64,000 nucleotides of DNA from Chiloscyllium plagiosum (Eukaryota), in NCBI RefSeq assembly GCF_004010195.1, contig NC_057756.1, positions 4,185,603-4,249,602 on the forward strand, in the 5' to 3' direction. The translations under genes and the position numbers were made by a program. This document shows, in pieces, positions 51,301-60,810 of the stretch (its first letter is position 1; each line of letters starts with the position of its first letter). The notes beneath the pieces were generated by a model, which searched no databases, was not told where the DNA came from, and saw nothing but the letters and a program-made list of their open reading frames with translations.

Positions 51301-54300
51301 CTCTCTACATTCTGATTGAGGAAATATTCCTTCACGCGCTTCACAATTTGTATTCCTCTAATTCCTTAACGCTATGGCAGTCCAAGCCTATGTTAGGAAA
51401 ATTAAATTCCCTTTCGATGACAACGCTGTTGTCCGATAAATCTCCCCAGTCTCTATGCAGACTTGCTCTTCGAATACTTATTACATATTTGCGGGTCTAT
51501 AATAGAACCCAGTAATTTCACCGTCCTATTATTTCTTCGTTCCATCGACAAAGCCTCACTGGACGGTCCGTTAGTGAATTCATCTTTGATTACTGCTACG
51601 GTATTTGCCTTAATCAAAAATGCAACTCCCCGTCCCCTCTTTCCAGTGATTCTCTCCGCCGGAAGTATGCACACGGTGCGACATGAAGCTGCCAGTTCTG
51701 TCACTCCCATTGGCGCTCATTATTTACTTAACGTTCATAAATTCAACCCTCAGCATCTTTCGCTCCAGCGAAAGGACGTCAGCCTATCCAGACCCTCCTT
51801 ATGACTCAATTATTTCATGTCCCACAAATATCCTCAAATGTTATATCTGAAACGTGTCCAATTTATTTATATTCTTCCATTAGCAGTGCGACCACAAATG
51901 TAAAACGTACACGAAGAAGCTTTTACTAACTTGCCGTCCAACCTCAATATGACATCACAACTACTGTACTGAGCTGTTTGATCAAGCATTGAAAGCATGC
52001 TAAATACATTCATGACCACCCTCCCTATCTGTAACACAACATTTGAAGAACTATAATCTTGAATCTCAGGGTCTGTGTGCCCAGCAATACTGCATTGGGC
52101 TCTAAAATTAACTGTCTGAAACCTGCCATTTACTAAAATGCAATGCCCCTTCTCAAAAACGACCTCTCATTTATTTTAAAGTAAATCCAATATAAATCAG
52201 ACAGTGGGCAGCATATTGCTTTCGCTTATTTTATTAGAATGTCAGAAACAAAGAATGTACGACTTCAAAATTTGACAGATAAATATATACAGTTCAAATG
52301 TTACCAGGCTTGTCTTGTCACGAAAGAAATATAACTGTGTTGCCTGAGGAGAGGAACAGAGATATGTTTTACATCATTTAGGAAAGGTAATGTGTTTCCT
52401 TTATCTATTAAACAACCAAATATTGCTCTGTTTTCATTTTTTGGAACGTATGTAATATTTCTTCTTCGTATGTTGATAATATTATGCTTCTTGAAGTTAC
52501 CATTATTTTTAAAAATCGGTAAATCTATTATGCAAACATTTTCTGTATGATTAGTGTTGACAGCATTAAAGTCAAATGTGAACTGTGTCATGGTACAATT
52601 CGAATTAGCAGGCAATGTTGCGTAAATGGACATGATTTCTATTTTTAATCCAATGATAGGAAAGTTGAAAGAAGATCTGCTAGATGCAGGTGAAAAATAA
52701 AATTACATAATTTCCGAATTTTCATAAAATATTTAGATTGATTATATTAGAGTAAAACCGTCTCAAAATAATGATTTGCATTAACATCCTGCACATTGGT
52801 ACTCTCAACATTAACTTGAGCAAAACTAATTTCAATTCCACAAACCACGAAAATTTCCAGCAGGAAAACAAGAAATTTATACTCACTTGTTGGAAAACAA
52901 CATAAAACGGGGAAATGCTTGGGAAAGCTTCAAGATCAGAAATCATGCTATAGATAGATCGTTTCAGGTATTAAGAATGTTGATTGGTACCATATAGAGT
53001 CATTGAATCACACACCACATAAACAGACATTTCGGTCGCAAGTGTCCGTGCCAAATATAATTCCAAACAAAACTAGACCCACCGACCTCGTCTTGGCCTT
53101 CATCCATCTAAACCGTTCCTATGCATGTACTTATCCATACGTTTTTCAATGCTGTAATTGCACCCACATCCACCGATTCCTCGGGATTTTTATTCCCCTG
53201 ACTAATAGTGCTCTGTGTAAAACACACCCTCATGACTTTTCTTTTTAATTCTTCTCCTTTCGCATTAAAAATCTTCTGCCTAATCTCGAAATGCCCCATC
53301 ATGGGGTAAAGACACCTCCTATTAAACTTATCAATATGCCTCGTGATTTTCTGTACTTTGACAATGTCACTGCTCAACCTCCTGCCTTCCAGAGAAAGAC
53401 ACATCACACGATCCAACTTTTCTTTACAACTGAAATCATCCTGCTTCATCACAAAATTGGTACATGAGATTCTAAGATCATCTGAAATTTAAATTAATTG
53501 CATCTGGAAAATCGAGTTCCTCTTTTTACTGTAATTGTACACATTTATTGCATATAAATACAGAAATGTTTGGTAAAGTTTGCATCAAATTATTACTTGA
53601 TATTACTTAATGTTTATTCACCACTTTGTGCATTTCATTAACATCTCATGACCTTTCATCATGAATTGGTGAACTTTGAAAAACATTTTGAACTCGACAT
53701 AATAAGAATAACTGCATCTGTCTTTCACAGAATTAAATAGTTGTGTAATTGTGTTTATCATCAATTTTAAATTAATGTAGCAATCCTTGTTATTTGCTCT
53801 TCAAAGAAGCGTACAATTCCATTTATGTTTTCTGGAACAAATCAAACTCTGATTAACCATATCACTGATAAAACTATTGGTTATTCAAAATTCTGTTCTA
53901 AACACCCGTTATTGCCAATTCTCAAGAAGTGTGAGAGAGGTAAATACGTTGAAACAAATGTTTTAGAACATAAATAGAATATAGAACAGTACAACACAGA
54001 ACAGGCCCTTCAGCCCACGATGTTGTGCCGGCCACTGATCCTCATGTATGCACCCTCAAATTTCTGTGACCATATGCATGTCCAGTAATCTCTTAAATGT
54101 CCCCAATGACCTTGCATCCACAACTGCTGCTGGCAACGCATTCCATGCTCTCACAACTCTCTGTGTAAAGAACCCGCCTCTGACATCCCGTCTATAATTT
54201 CCTCCAACCAGTTTACAACTATCACCCCTCGTGTCAGTCATTTCTGCCCTGGGAAATAGTCTCTGGCTAACGACTCTATCTATGCCTCTCATTATCTTAT

Positions 54301-57300
54301 ACCTCAATTAAGTCCACTCTCCTCCTCCTTTTCTCCAATGAAAAATGTCCGAGCTCAGTCAACCTCTCTTCATAAGATAAGCCCTTCAGTCCAGGCAGCA
54401 TCCTGGTAAACATCCTCTGAACCCTCTTCAAAGCAACCACATCTTTCCTCTCACCAGGCGACCAGAAATGGATGCAGTATTCCAAGTGCGGTCTAACCAA
54501 AGTTTTATAGAGCTACAACAAGATCTCACGACTCTTAAACTCAATCCCCCTTTTAATGAAAACCAAAACACCATATGCTTTCTTAGCAACCCTTTCCACT
54601 TGGGTGGCCATTTTAAGGGATCTATGTACCTGCACACCAAGATCCCTCTGTTCCTCCACACTGCCAAGAATCCTATCCTTAATCCTGTACTCAGCTTTCA
54701 AATTCGACCTTCCAAAATGCATCACCTCGCATTTAGCCAGGTTGAACTCCATCTGCCACCTCTCAGACCATCTCTGCATCCTGTCAATGTCCCGCTGCAT
54801 CCGACAACAGCCCTCTAAACTGTCAACGACACCTCAAACCTTTGTGTCGTCTGCAAACTTGCTGACCCATCCTTCAATCCCCTCATCCAAGTCATTAATA
54901 AAAATTACAAACAGTAGAGGTCCAAGGACAGAGCCCTGTGGAACACCACTCACCACAGACTTCCAGGCAGAATATTTTCCTTCTACTACCACTCGCTGTC
55001 TTCTGTTGGCCAGCCAATTCCGTGTCCAGACAGCTATGTTCCCCTGTATCCAATTCCTCCTGACCTTCTGAATGAACCGACCTATCAAATGCCTTGCTGA
55101 AGTCCATATACACCACATCCACAGCCCGACTCTCGTCAACGTTTCTCGCCACATCCTCAAAGAAATCGATAAGGTTTGTGAGGCATGACCTGCCCCTCAC
55201 AAAGCCATGTTGACTGCATTTACTCAAGCCATGCTCTTCCTGAAGAAGGGCTTATGCCCGAAACGTCGATTCTCCTGTTCCCTGGATGCTGCCTGACCTG
55301 CTGCGCTTTTCGAGCAACACATTTTCAGCTCTTCCAGATGGCCAGAAATCATATCCCTCAGAATCCCTTCTAACACCTTGCATACAACAGACGTGAGACT
55401 TACTGGTCTGTAATTGTCGGGGATTTCCCTACTTTCTTTCTTGAAGAGAGGAATTTCATCTGCCTCTCTCCAGTCCTCAGGTACGACTCCAGTGGAGAGC
55501 AAGGATGCAAAGATCTTCGCAAGTGGCGAAGCAATCGCATTTCTCGTTTCCCAAAGCAGCCGAGGACAAATCTGGTCCGGGCATGACGACTTGTCAATCT
55601 TAATGGCTGAAAATATTTTCAGCACATCAGCTTCCTCTCTCTCTATCCATTCCAGCATGCACACCTGCTCTTCAAAGGTTTCATTCACTACAAATTTCGT
55701 TTCTTTCGTAAAGACAGAAGAAAAAAACTCATTTAGGGTTTCCCCTACCTCCTCAGACTCCACACACAAATTCCCTATGCTATCCCTGATCGGCCCTACT
55801 CTTGCTTTGACCATTCTCTTATTACTCACATCAGTGTAAAATGCCTTTGTGTTCTCCCTAATCCGTTCGGCCAAGCCTTTCTCGTGCCCCCTCCTGGCTC
55901 TCCTGAGACCATTTGTGAGCTCCTTCTCGGCTGCCTGTAATCGTCTAGAGCTGAGCTTGACCCTAGCTACCTCCACCTTAAGTAAGGTACATTTTTCCTT
56001 TTGATGAGAAGCTCCACCGCTCTCGTCATCCAAGGTTCCTTTATCTTACCACGTCTTGCCTGTCTCAGAGGGACATATTTATTCATCACTTGCAACAACT
56101 GTTTCTTAAACAGTCTCCACATGTCTATAGTGCCTTTACCATGGAACAATTGCTCCCAATCCATGCTTCCTAACTCATGTCTAATCGCATCATAGTTTCC
56201 TCTTCCCCAATTAAATATCCTCTCATTTTTCCTAAACCTCTCCTCCATAGCTATGTAGAATGTGAGGCAGTTGTGGTCACTATCACCAAAATGTTCTACC
56301 ACCACAAGATCTGATACCTGCCCCGGCTTGTTTCCGAGCAGCAAGTATAGAATGGCCTCAAACCTCGTTGGCCTGTCAACGTACTGAGTTAGGAAACCCT
56401 CCTGAATACACCTTACAAAAACAGCTCCATTCAAATCTTCTGCTCGAAGGAGGTTCCAATCAATATTGGGAAAGTTAGTCACCCATTACAAAAACCCTAC
56501 TACGTCCACACTTTCCGAAAATCTGCCGACCTAAGCTTTCTTCCATCTTCTTGCTGCTATTGGGGGGCCCTGTAGTAAACCACTAACGAGGTGACTGTTC
56601 CTTTGCTGTTCTAATTTCCACCCATACTGACTCCGTAGGCAGATCTTCCTCGACAATGGAAGCTTCTGTAGCTGTGATACTCTCTTTGATTAGTAGTGCT
56701 ACACCCCCTCCTCTTTTTCCCCTCTCCGTATTCTTTTTAAATGCTCTAAACCCTGGAATATCCAGCAACCATTCCTGCCCCTGAGAAACCCATGTCTCTG
56801 TTATTGCCACAACATCATAGCACTAGGTACTGATCCGTGCTCTAAGTTCATCATTTTTATTTCTGATACTTCTTGCATTAAAGGAAACTGACTTTAACTG
56901 ATCCCTTGGTTCCTTCCCAGGAAAATTCTTCCCACTAGCTGGTCTACCTCTTGCTATTGCCTCATCTGCATCAAGTCTCACCTCCGGTATACAGCGCAGG
57001 TTCCCACCCCCCGGCCATACTAGTTTAAACCCTCTCAAACTGCTCGAACATACCTTCCACAAAAGACATTGGTCCCCTTCCAGTTCAGATGCAACCCGCC
57101 CTTCTTCTACACGTCCCACCTTCCCCAGAAGGCATCCCAATTATCTACATATCTGAAGCCCTCCCTCCTACACCAGCTGTGCAGCCACGTGTTAAGCTGC
57201 GCCCGCTCCCTGTTCCTCACCTCGCTATCTCGTGGCACTGGTAATAAACTAGAGAACACTACTCTGTTCGTCCTGCATTGCAGCTTCATCCTAACTCTCT

Positions 57301-60300
57301 GAAATCACTTTTTATATCCGAGATCCTTTTCCTGGCTACATTATTAGTGCCAATATGTAACACGATTTCTGGCTGTTCGCCTTCTCCTTTTAGAACCTTA
57401 TACACCTTATCGGAGGTGTCCCAGACCCTGGCACCAGGGAGGCAACATACCTTCTGGGAATCCCGATCCTGACCACAAAATCTCCTGTCGATTCCCCTAA
57501 TTATCGAGTCCCCTACCACGAGTACTTTTCTATTCTGCCCTCTTCCCTTCTTTGCCACAGTGTCAGGCTCAGTGCCAGAGAACTGACTGCTATGGCTTTA
57601 CTCTGGTAGGTCATGCCCACCAGCAGTATCCAAAACTTATTGCTGAGGGGAATGTCCACAGGGGATCTCTGCACTGTCTGCTGGGCCCTTTCCTCTCCCT
57701 AACTGTAACCAATCTATCCTTGTCCTGATCCTTAGGAGTGACCAACTCCCGGTAATTCCTCTGAATTACACCCTCAGCCTCCCGAATGATCCGTAGTTCA
57801 TCCAGCTCCAGCTCCAATTCCCTAACACGGTTTTCAAGAAGCTGGAGTTGGGTACACTTCCTGCAGATGTAGCCAGTGGAGACGTGCGCCATATCTCCCA
57901 ACTGCCACACTCAACAGGAGGAGCAAGCAAATGCCCTAGCATCCATACTCATTTATAGTGAGATCATGCAGATAAAGTGCAATAAACTTTCATACGAAAA
58001 AAAATATGTTTTTTTTTCTTTTTAAATATTCTTTTATGATGTCAAACCTGAAAATCGGACATGATGAAAATGGTGAACAATTGCCGTCAGTCATAAATTG
58101 TATCTTGAATGCTGAACACTTGAAGTACTTGAAGTACACATTGGTATGGAATTTTCACGCAGTCACCACATCTCGGGGTATGTCTTAGCAGACAAACTGA
58201 CTAAGTATTGACAGAGCAGTCACAATTCACTGAATAGAAGACCTTAGCTCCATTTGGAATTTGAGCTAATGCTTTACAAGAATACATATTCATATAATGC
58301 AACATATATGCTTCGAAATAAATGATTAGAGATACAGGTGTGAACGTTCTGTGATAAGAATCAAATGTAAACTGTTCATCTAAATCTCATGACAGTGTAT
58401 ACAATTCTGCAGCAATTTCTACTTCAAGTGTTCAGCATTTGACATTTACGCCAATATGAGTCATTTGACATTGAGCTCTTGCAAGTTCATTTCCCAAAAT
58501 GTTGTTCGAACAGAGAATTCAACACTTCCTCCTTCTACTCCAATACCTTCTTTCTTTCCCCAACAGCTATCATAATTTTATCTTCAATCTGTTCTTATTC
58601 TATTTCCGTTTTCTTTGCCATCCTATCTCCGACACTCACTTCCAAATGTTTCCTCCCTTAACGGTTATGAGCCCCTTTTCAGTATTAATGCACTCTCTTC
58701 ATGATAAGATTCACGATATTTCATTTTTTTCTTTACTGATCATCGCAGCAAGCTTTTCCACTACACCAAACTGAGATGTAAACATCTTCACTTCATGACA
58801 GTTTTGTCTTCATATCTCTGCTCTCAAAATTCTCAAAAGTCTGCAAAGTATAACGACCTATTTCAGGCATGTCTTCTGGGAACAAATTTGATTTGATGTA
58901 AGAATGCTACATTACATAATATTCGATCTTTACTTTTGCAGTACTTCTGATCGAAGCAATTTTATGGACTGTCTTTCATTGAAATACATGAATTTGCTAT
59001 CCACAGAAACCCAAAATACATCACAAAGCTCGAAGTTCTCCACTTCCCGACTTGTGAACATTACGCATCCACCTTGGAGGTGGGTTGAGCAATAAATAGT
59101 AGTGTGCTGTGTTTCGTTACATAGCAGCAGCCAACAAGTCCACACCAACCCTACTAAGAGTAAACCACCCAGACCCATTTCACTCTGCAAAATTCACCTA
59201 ACACTATGGGAAATTTAGCATGACAAATTCACCTGACCTGCACATCTTTGAACTGTGGGACGAAAGCAGAGCACCCAGAGAAAACCCACGCAGACATGGG
59301 GAGAAGATGCATACTTAGTGCCTGGCACTGTGGGGTAGCAGTGCTAACCACTGAGCTACCATGCCGCCCTTAGTTTTTAAAAAAATTCTTTCCTTCATAT
59401 TCCTTCATGTCCTTATACCACCCTATTGCAGCAAGCATTTTCAGCCTTACATGCTCGCCACTATTCTTCCTTGTGCGAGGGTTTATGTTTTTAGATTAGA
59501 TTCCATACAGATTCCCTGATATTATTGTGCCAACGTTTTGACTACGTTTGAGACAATGGTAATGATTGTGCAAAACGTCAATTTTCATCATTTTTATTTC
59601 CTAATAAAAATAGCAATAGCTATTTATCATTTTATCATTTATTTTCAATAGTAATTAGAATTTATTACTTTTCTAGCAATTAGCAGTATCTGATGTACCT
59701 AGGCATCCGTTAATCATACAGAGTAACCAATAACCATTTATACTTGTAATCTTCTCTGACAAATCATTTAATATGCATTCGAAAGCGTTTCACATAAAAC
59801 ATGTGCTATTTCTGTTTTTGTTGTTATCATTATTAATATTATTATTGTCGTTATTGCTGTCGTTACTATTAGCTGATTGGGAAATACTAAGGTGCCAATT
59901 CGGTAAGAATGCTTATCAAGAATAAGGACAAGAGCAGCAATAAGATGAAAAGGAGAAGAAGGAGAAAGAGAAGGCATGGGGTGGGGAGGAAGAAGAAGAA
60001 GAAGAAGAAGAAGAAGAAGAAAAGAAGAAGAAGAAGAAGAAGAAGAAGAAGAAGAAGAAGAAGAAGAAGAAGAAGAAGAAGAAGAAGAAGAAGAAGAGAA
60101 GAAGAAGAAGAAGAAGAAGAAGAAGAAGAAGAGGAAAGGAGGAGGAGGAGTTGTGTGAGGATGATGAGACGGACACGAAGAAGAAAAGCAAACTGCTTTC
60201 ATAACACTAATATTCTGTCATCATTCTGGTTAGAATTGACATCATGTTTAACCTTGTTTCCTCACTGGTGAGTAATTATAGATCTATAGTGAAGCCAACG

Positions 60301-60810
60301 TCAGCCACATATTTCCAATTACACTTGCAAAACTAATAGGTTCCTGTTATTAACCGGTTCAGTCTCATTTTTTCTGCATGTTAGTACGGCACTGTTTATT
60401 ACATAGGCTAAAAAGTTTGCTTTGCTTTGTTTTTGTAACTGTACTACAATATATTTGGAAGTTGTACAGGCGTCAAGTTTTTGAAGCGAGATTTGTTAGA
60501 AGGATGCATTCCATGAAAGTGTACCAAAGTGCCAACTTAAAAAATAAGACTAAATAATTCAAACTCTTCAGTCTGCTCCAGAATACAACACGATCAGCAA
60601 TTCGTTCTCGTCTTAACTTAGGAAAAAAAACATTTGTCCATTCAATTCATTCACAGAATTCCGAACGTGTTCTGAGGAATTAGGAGTACAAAGGAAAACT
60701 ACAAATATTACCAAGCGGCTTCACACATGGCTAACTTACGATGCTAATCTTCTTTTTCAGGGACTATTGATGTTTTGCAAATTAGTAATTGCAGCTCTTC
60801 AGAACTCTGA
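3372..60810 (+). CDS. Multi-exon host gene (5' end outside window) encoding a long Cys-containing coiled coil from phase-1 micro-exons; family unassigned; 3' part (after 45320) uncertain
   Basis: 12 AG..GT-bounded exons of 18/27/36 nt join in frame to [117 protein letters not shown]; no stops; heptad periodicity continuous across junctions. Confidence 0.75.
4480..5800 (+). mobile_element. Very old CR1-like LINE remnants
   Basis: ttctcagaccggacaattttgggaaat reads FSDRTILGN ([12 protein letters not shown]), followed by a KILHF-like stretch. Confidence 0.4.
5988..6023 (+). CDS. Micro-exon class D, 36 nt, [12 protein letters not shown]
   Basis: tttccttcccag|agaaccgg...gctaaag|gtgaga; open in phase 1. 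Confidence 0.85.
8598..8860 (+). mobile_element. tRNA-derived HE1/V-SINE-type element, diverged
   Basis: ggtggcacagtgg A box, ggattcaattcc B box, V-domain-like core, CR1-like tail ggcctgtttccacactgta. Confidence 0.8.
8905..9199 (+). mobile_element. HE1/V-SINE-type element, full length
   Basis: gggcggcatggtggcacagtggttagc...ggttcaattccc...cactgtaagtaatctaatct. Confidence 0.92.
9993..12102 (-). mobile_element. CR1 LINE, 5'-truncated, nested in Gypsy gag; same subfamily as 53965-57950
   Basis: [41 protein letters not shown] in broken ORFs. Confidence 0.95.
14156..14182 (+). CDS. Micro-exon class A, 27 nt, ESELNKCKK
   Basis: ttcattttataacag|aatcagaactcaacaaatgcaagaaag|gtatta. Confidence 0.85.
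14655..15890 (-). mobile_element. Two or more decayed CR1 3' fragments
   Basis: [17 protein letters not shown] motif; reverse-complement tails (agtcattgactcatacagcatggaaacag). Confidence 0.85.
16504..16539 (+). CDS. Micro-exon class D, 36 nt, [12 protein letters not shown]
   Basis: gttcccggtacag|atcttgatg...gaagcag|gtaatt; keeps the Leu heptad register. Confidence 0.8.
17010..21258 (+). mobile_element. Old near-full-length CR1 (ORF1 esterase, APE, RT), with a minus-strand CR1 piece at about 20200-20710; tail resumes at 29076-29180
   Basis: VCYLPGAKV esterase motif near 17710, EAIWIKFRN...HYSPPNS APE motif, GRSCLTNL near 19620. Confidence 0.85.
21790..22826 (+). mobile_element. CR1 internal fragment (linker and RT N-part)
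   Basis: [50 protein letters not shown]. Confidence 0.95.
23762..26063 (+). mobile_element. Relatively young 5'-truncated CR1 inserted into the Gypsy integrase
   Basis: [25 protein letters not shown], open RT C-terminus to 25970; tail (tcttatgg)n. Confidence 0.95.
24735..25067. other. Assembly gap (333 N) inside a CR1
   Basis: Run of N. Confidence 1.
30290..30740 (+). mobile_element. HE1/V-SINE-type element with internal 142-bp tandem duplication
   Basis: Units 30337-30478 and 30479-30620; A and B boxes; taatctaatct tail. Confidence 0.93.
30915..30941 (+). CDS. Micro-exon class A, 27 nt, EDKLRQCLR
   Basis: tttgtttttcacag|aggataagttgcgacaatgtttaagag|gtgatt; Leu4/Cys7 at the same positions as in 14156 exon. 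Confidence 0.85.
31042..31068 (+). CDS. Candidate alternative or decayed class B micro-exon, 27 nt, EVKELLIQT
   Basis: ccag|aagtcaaagagcttttaatacaaacca|gttata; 17/27 nt identical to 39213 exon; weak donor and a competing upstream AG at 31033-31034. Confidence 0.45.
32266..32292 (+). CDS. Micro-exon (class B position), 27 nt, ELDNTCKTN
   Basis: ctgttatcttctcag|aactggacaatacatgtaaaaccaatg|gtatgt; strong splice sites. Confidence 0.75.
33271..33851 (+). mobile_element. Solo LTR of the Gmr1-like Gypsy family
   Basis: TG...CA ends; shares gagtggacagttctc and ggcctggNcNataaca blocks with the 21259/28524 LTRs. Confidence 0.7.
33905..34225 (+). mobile_element. Diverged V-SINE-type element
   Basis: ctgtggagtttgcccattctcc...ggtttcctcccacag core. 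Confidence 0.7.
34335..34790 (-). mobile_element. Penelope-like 3' fragment
   Basis: gaattgctgaaaa...aacgtttcgagt...gaccc end motif of the same type as 45410 and 49305 copies. Confidence 0.55.
34790..35870 (+). mobile_element. Decayed CR1 3' fragment
   Basis: ILHFG-like and cagttctggtca (QFWS) remnants, CR1 3' tail. Confidence 0.75.
37282..37308 (+). CDS. Micro-exon class C, 27 nt, DERLINAKD
   Basis: ccctcattattccag|acgaacgattgattaatgcaaaagatg|gtaaat. Confidence 0.85.
37345..37918 (+). mobile_element. Solo LTR-like relic of the same Gypsy family
   Basis: agttctcccagctcag, gagtggttt...cacacctgga blocks shared with other LTR copies. Confidence 0.6.
38584..38619 (+). CDS. Micro-exon class D, 36 nt, [12 protein letters not shown]
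   Basis: ttttattttctgcag|aaattcaa...gctagta|gtaaga. Confidence 0.9.
38870..38887 (+). CDS. Micro-exon (short class A-like), 18 nt, KDKECN
   Basis: catattctcag|aggacaaagaatgcaatg|gtgagt. Confidence 0.8.
39213..39239 (+). CDS. Micro-exon class B, 27 nt, DVEDLLQKT
   Basis: tttattcctcag|atgtcgaagatcttcttcaaaaaacag|gtaaat. Confidence 0.85.
39650..40520 (+). mobile_element. Very old CR1-like RT remnant
   Basis: [14 protein letters not shown] resembles CR1 HGIRGNLxxWIxNW. Confidence 0.4.
42208..42234 (+). CDS. Micro-exon class C, 27 nt, ASRLLDKEK
   Basis: ccctgtttttctag|caagcagattgctcgataaagagaaag|gtaacc. Confidence 0.85.
42470..43170 (-). mobile_element. Old LINE 3' fragment (L2/CR1 group)
   Basis: Resembles recurrent shark LINE tail (ttgagaa...gtggtgag...cttgaac type); related short pieces at about 36870-37170 and 62600-62810. 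Confidence 0.45.
43170..43950 (+). mobile_element. Decayed Penelope-like RT fragment
   Basis: C-rich remnants with likeness to PLE RT (cctccccttcc..ga, ctcccactccacattgc-type blocks). Confidence 0.45.
44175..44730 (+). mobile_element. Solo LTR-like relic
   Basis: gtgtccttggctttt start, ggagtggtca, ggcc.agtccata end as in 33271 copy. Confidence 0.55.
45285..45320 (+). CDS. Micro-exon class D, 36 nt, [12 protein letters not shown]
   Basis: tttctactctccag|aaatacgg...aacaaag|gtaaga; paralog of 38584 exon. Confidence 0.9.
45410..46068 (-). mobile_element. Penelope-like 3' fragment (GIY-YIG region and terminal motif)
   Basis: [20 protein letters not shown]; terminal cagcaggtcaggcagcatcc-like block with decayed hammerhead motif at about 45475-45505. 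Confidence 0.75.
49305..49503. mobile_element. Short Penelope-like insertion forming a perfect 71-bp inverted repeat; 12-bp TSD
   Basis: Arms 49306-49376 and 49397-49467 are exact reverse complements; ATCACAACTAAC at 49293-49304 and 49504-49515. Confidence 0.9.
49369..49396 (-). ncRNA. Minimal type I hammerhead ribozyme motif (PLE type)
   Basis: CUGAAGA-A-GGGC-UUAU-GCCC-GAAA-CG-UC: conserved boxes, 4-bp stem II, palindromic ACGU in place of stem III. Confidence 0.65.
52654..52689 (+). pseudogene. Class D exon with mutated acceptor ([12 protein letters not shown]); possibly rescued as a 30-nt exon 52660-52689
   Basis: atttttaatccAA|tgataggaaagttgaaagaagatctgctagatgcag|gtgaaa; AA where AG is expected; in-frame internal TAG acceptor at 52657-52659. 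Confidence 0.65.
52995..53450 (-). mobile_element. CR1 3' fragment
   Basis: [17 protein letters not shown]...FTQ motif in ORF 53108-53452. Confidence 0.85.
53913..53939 (+). pseudogene. Class A pseudo-exon with mutated acceptor (xPILKKCER)
   Basis: cccgttAT|tgccaattctcaagaagtgtgagagag|gtaaat; good donor, Leu4/Cys7 conserved, AT where AG is expected. Confidence 0.55.
53965..57950 (-). mobile_element. Near-full-length CR1 LINE (ORF1 zinc finger/zipper and SGNH esterase; ORF2 APE and RT), frameshifted
   Basis: [64 protein letters not shown]. Confidence 0.96.
55240..55267 (+). ncRNA. Minimal type I hammerhead ribozyme motif within an 87-bp PLE-end insertion (55241-55327)
   Basis: ctgaaga a gggc ttat gccc gaaa cg tc; insertion flanked by GCTCTTCC at 55233-55240 and 55328-55335. 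Confidence 0.65.
59118..59369 (-). mobile_element. HE1/V-SINE-type element with internal deletion
   Basis: Reverse complement of gggcggcatggtagctcagtggttagcactgct; V-core present. Confidence 0.88.
59873..59902 (+). CDS. Candidate 30-nt phase-1 exon, [10 protein letters not shown]
   Basis: gttactattag|ctgattgggaaatactaaggtgccaattcg|gtaaga; symmetrical and open, but no clear paralog. Confidence 0.5.
59989..60150 (+). repeat. (GAA)n tract of about 47 units with two interruptions, followed by (GGA)n
   Basis: Direct reading; pure purine strand. Confidence 0.98.
60761..60810 (+). CDS. Candidate terminal coding exon, [20 protein letters not shown] if entered in phase 1
   Basis: gctaatcttctttttcag| strong acceptor with branch-like ctaat; TGA at 60808-60810; donor-like gtaaga at 60872. 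Confidence 0.35.

Larger units (their letters stand above)
46760..52150 (-). mobile_element. Cluster of decayed minus-strand CR1 pieces, interrupted by a PLE hairpin (49305-49503) and a plus-strand CR1 (about 50070-51215)
   Basis: NFATGIKIG (FADDTKIG-like), [15 protein letters not shown] motif; plus copy [19 protein letters not shown]. Confidence 0.85.

Noticed and set aside
52360..52386. Open 27-nt segment EICFTSFRK with gtaatg donor
   Set aside because: Purine-rich acceptor context and no match to class A
59768..60271. Poly-R/E/K and poly-S/F/L ORFs
   Set aside because: Translations of the GAA microsatellite
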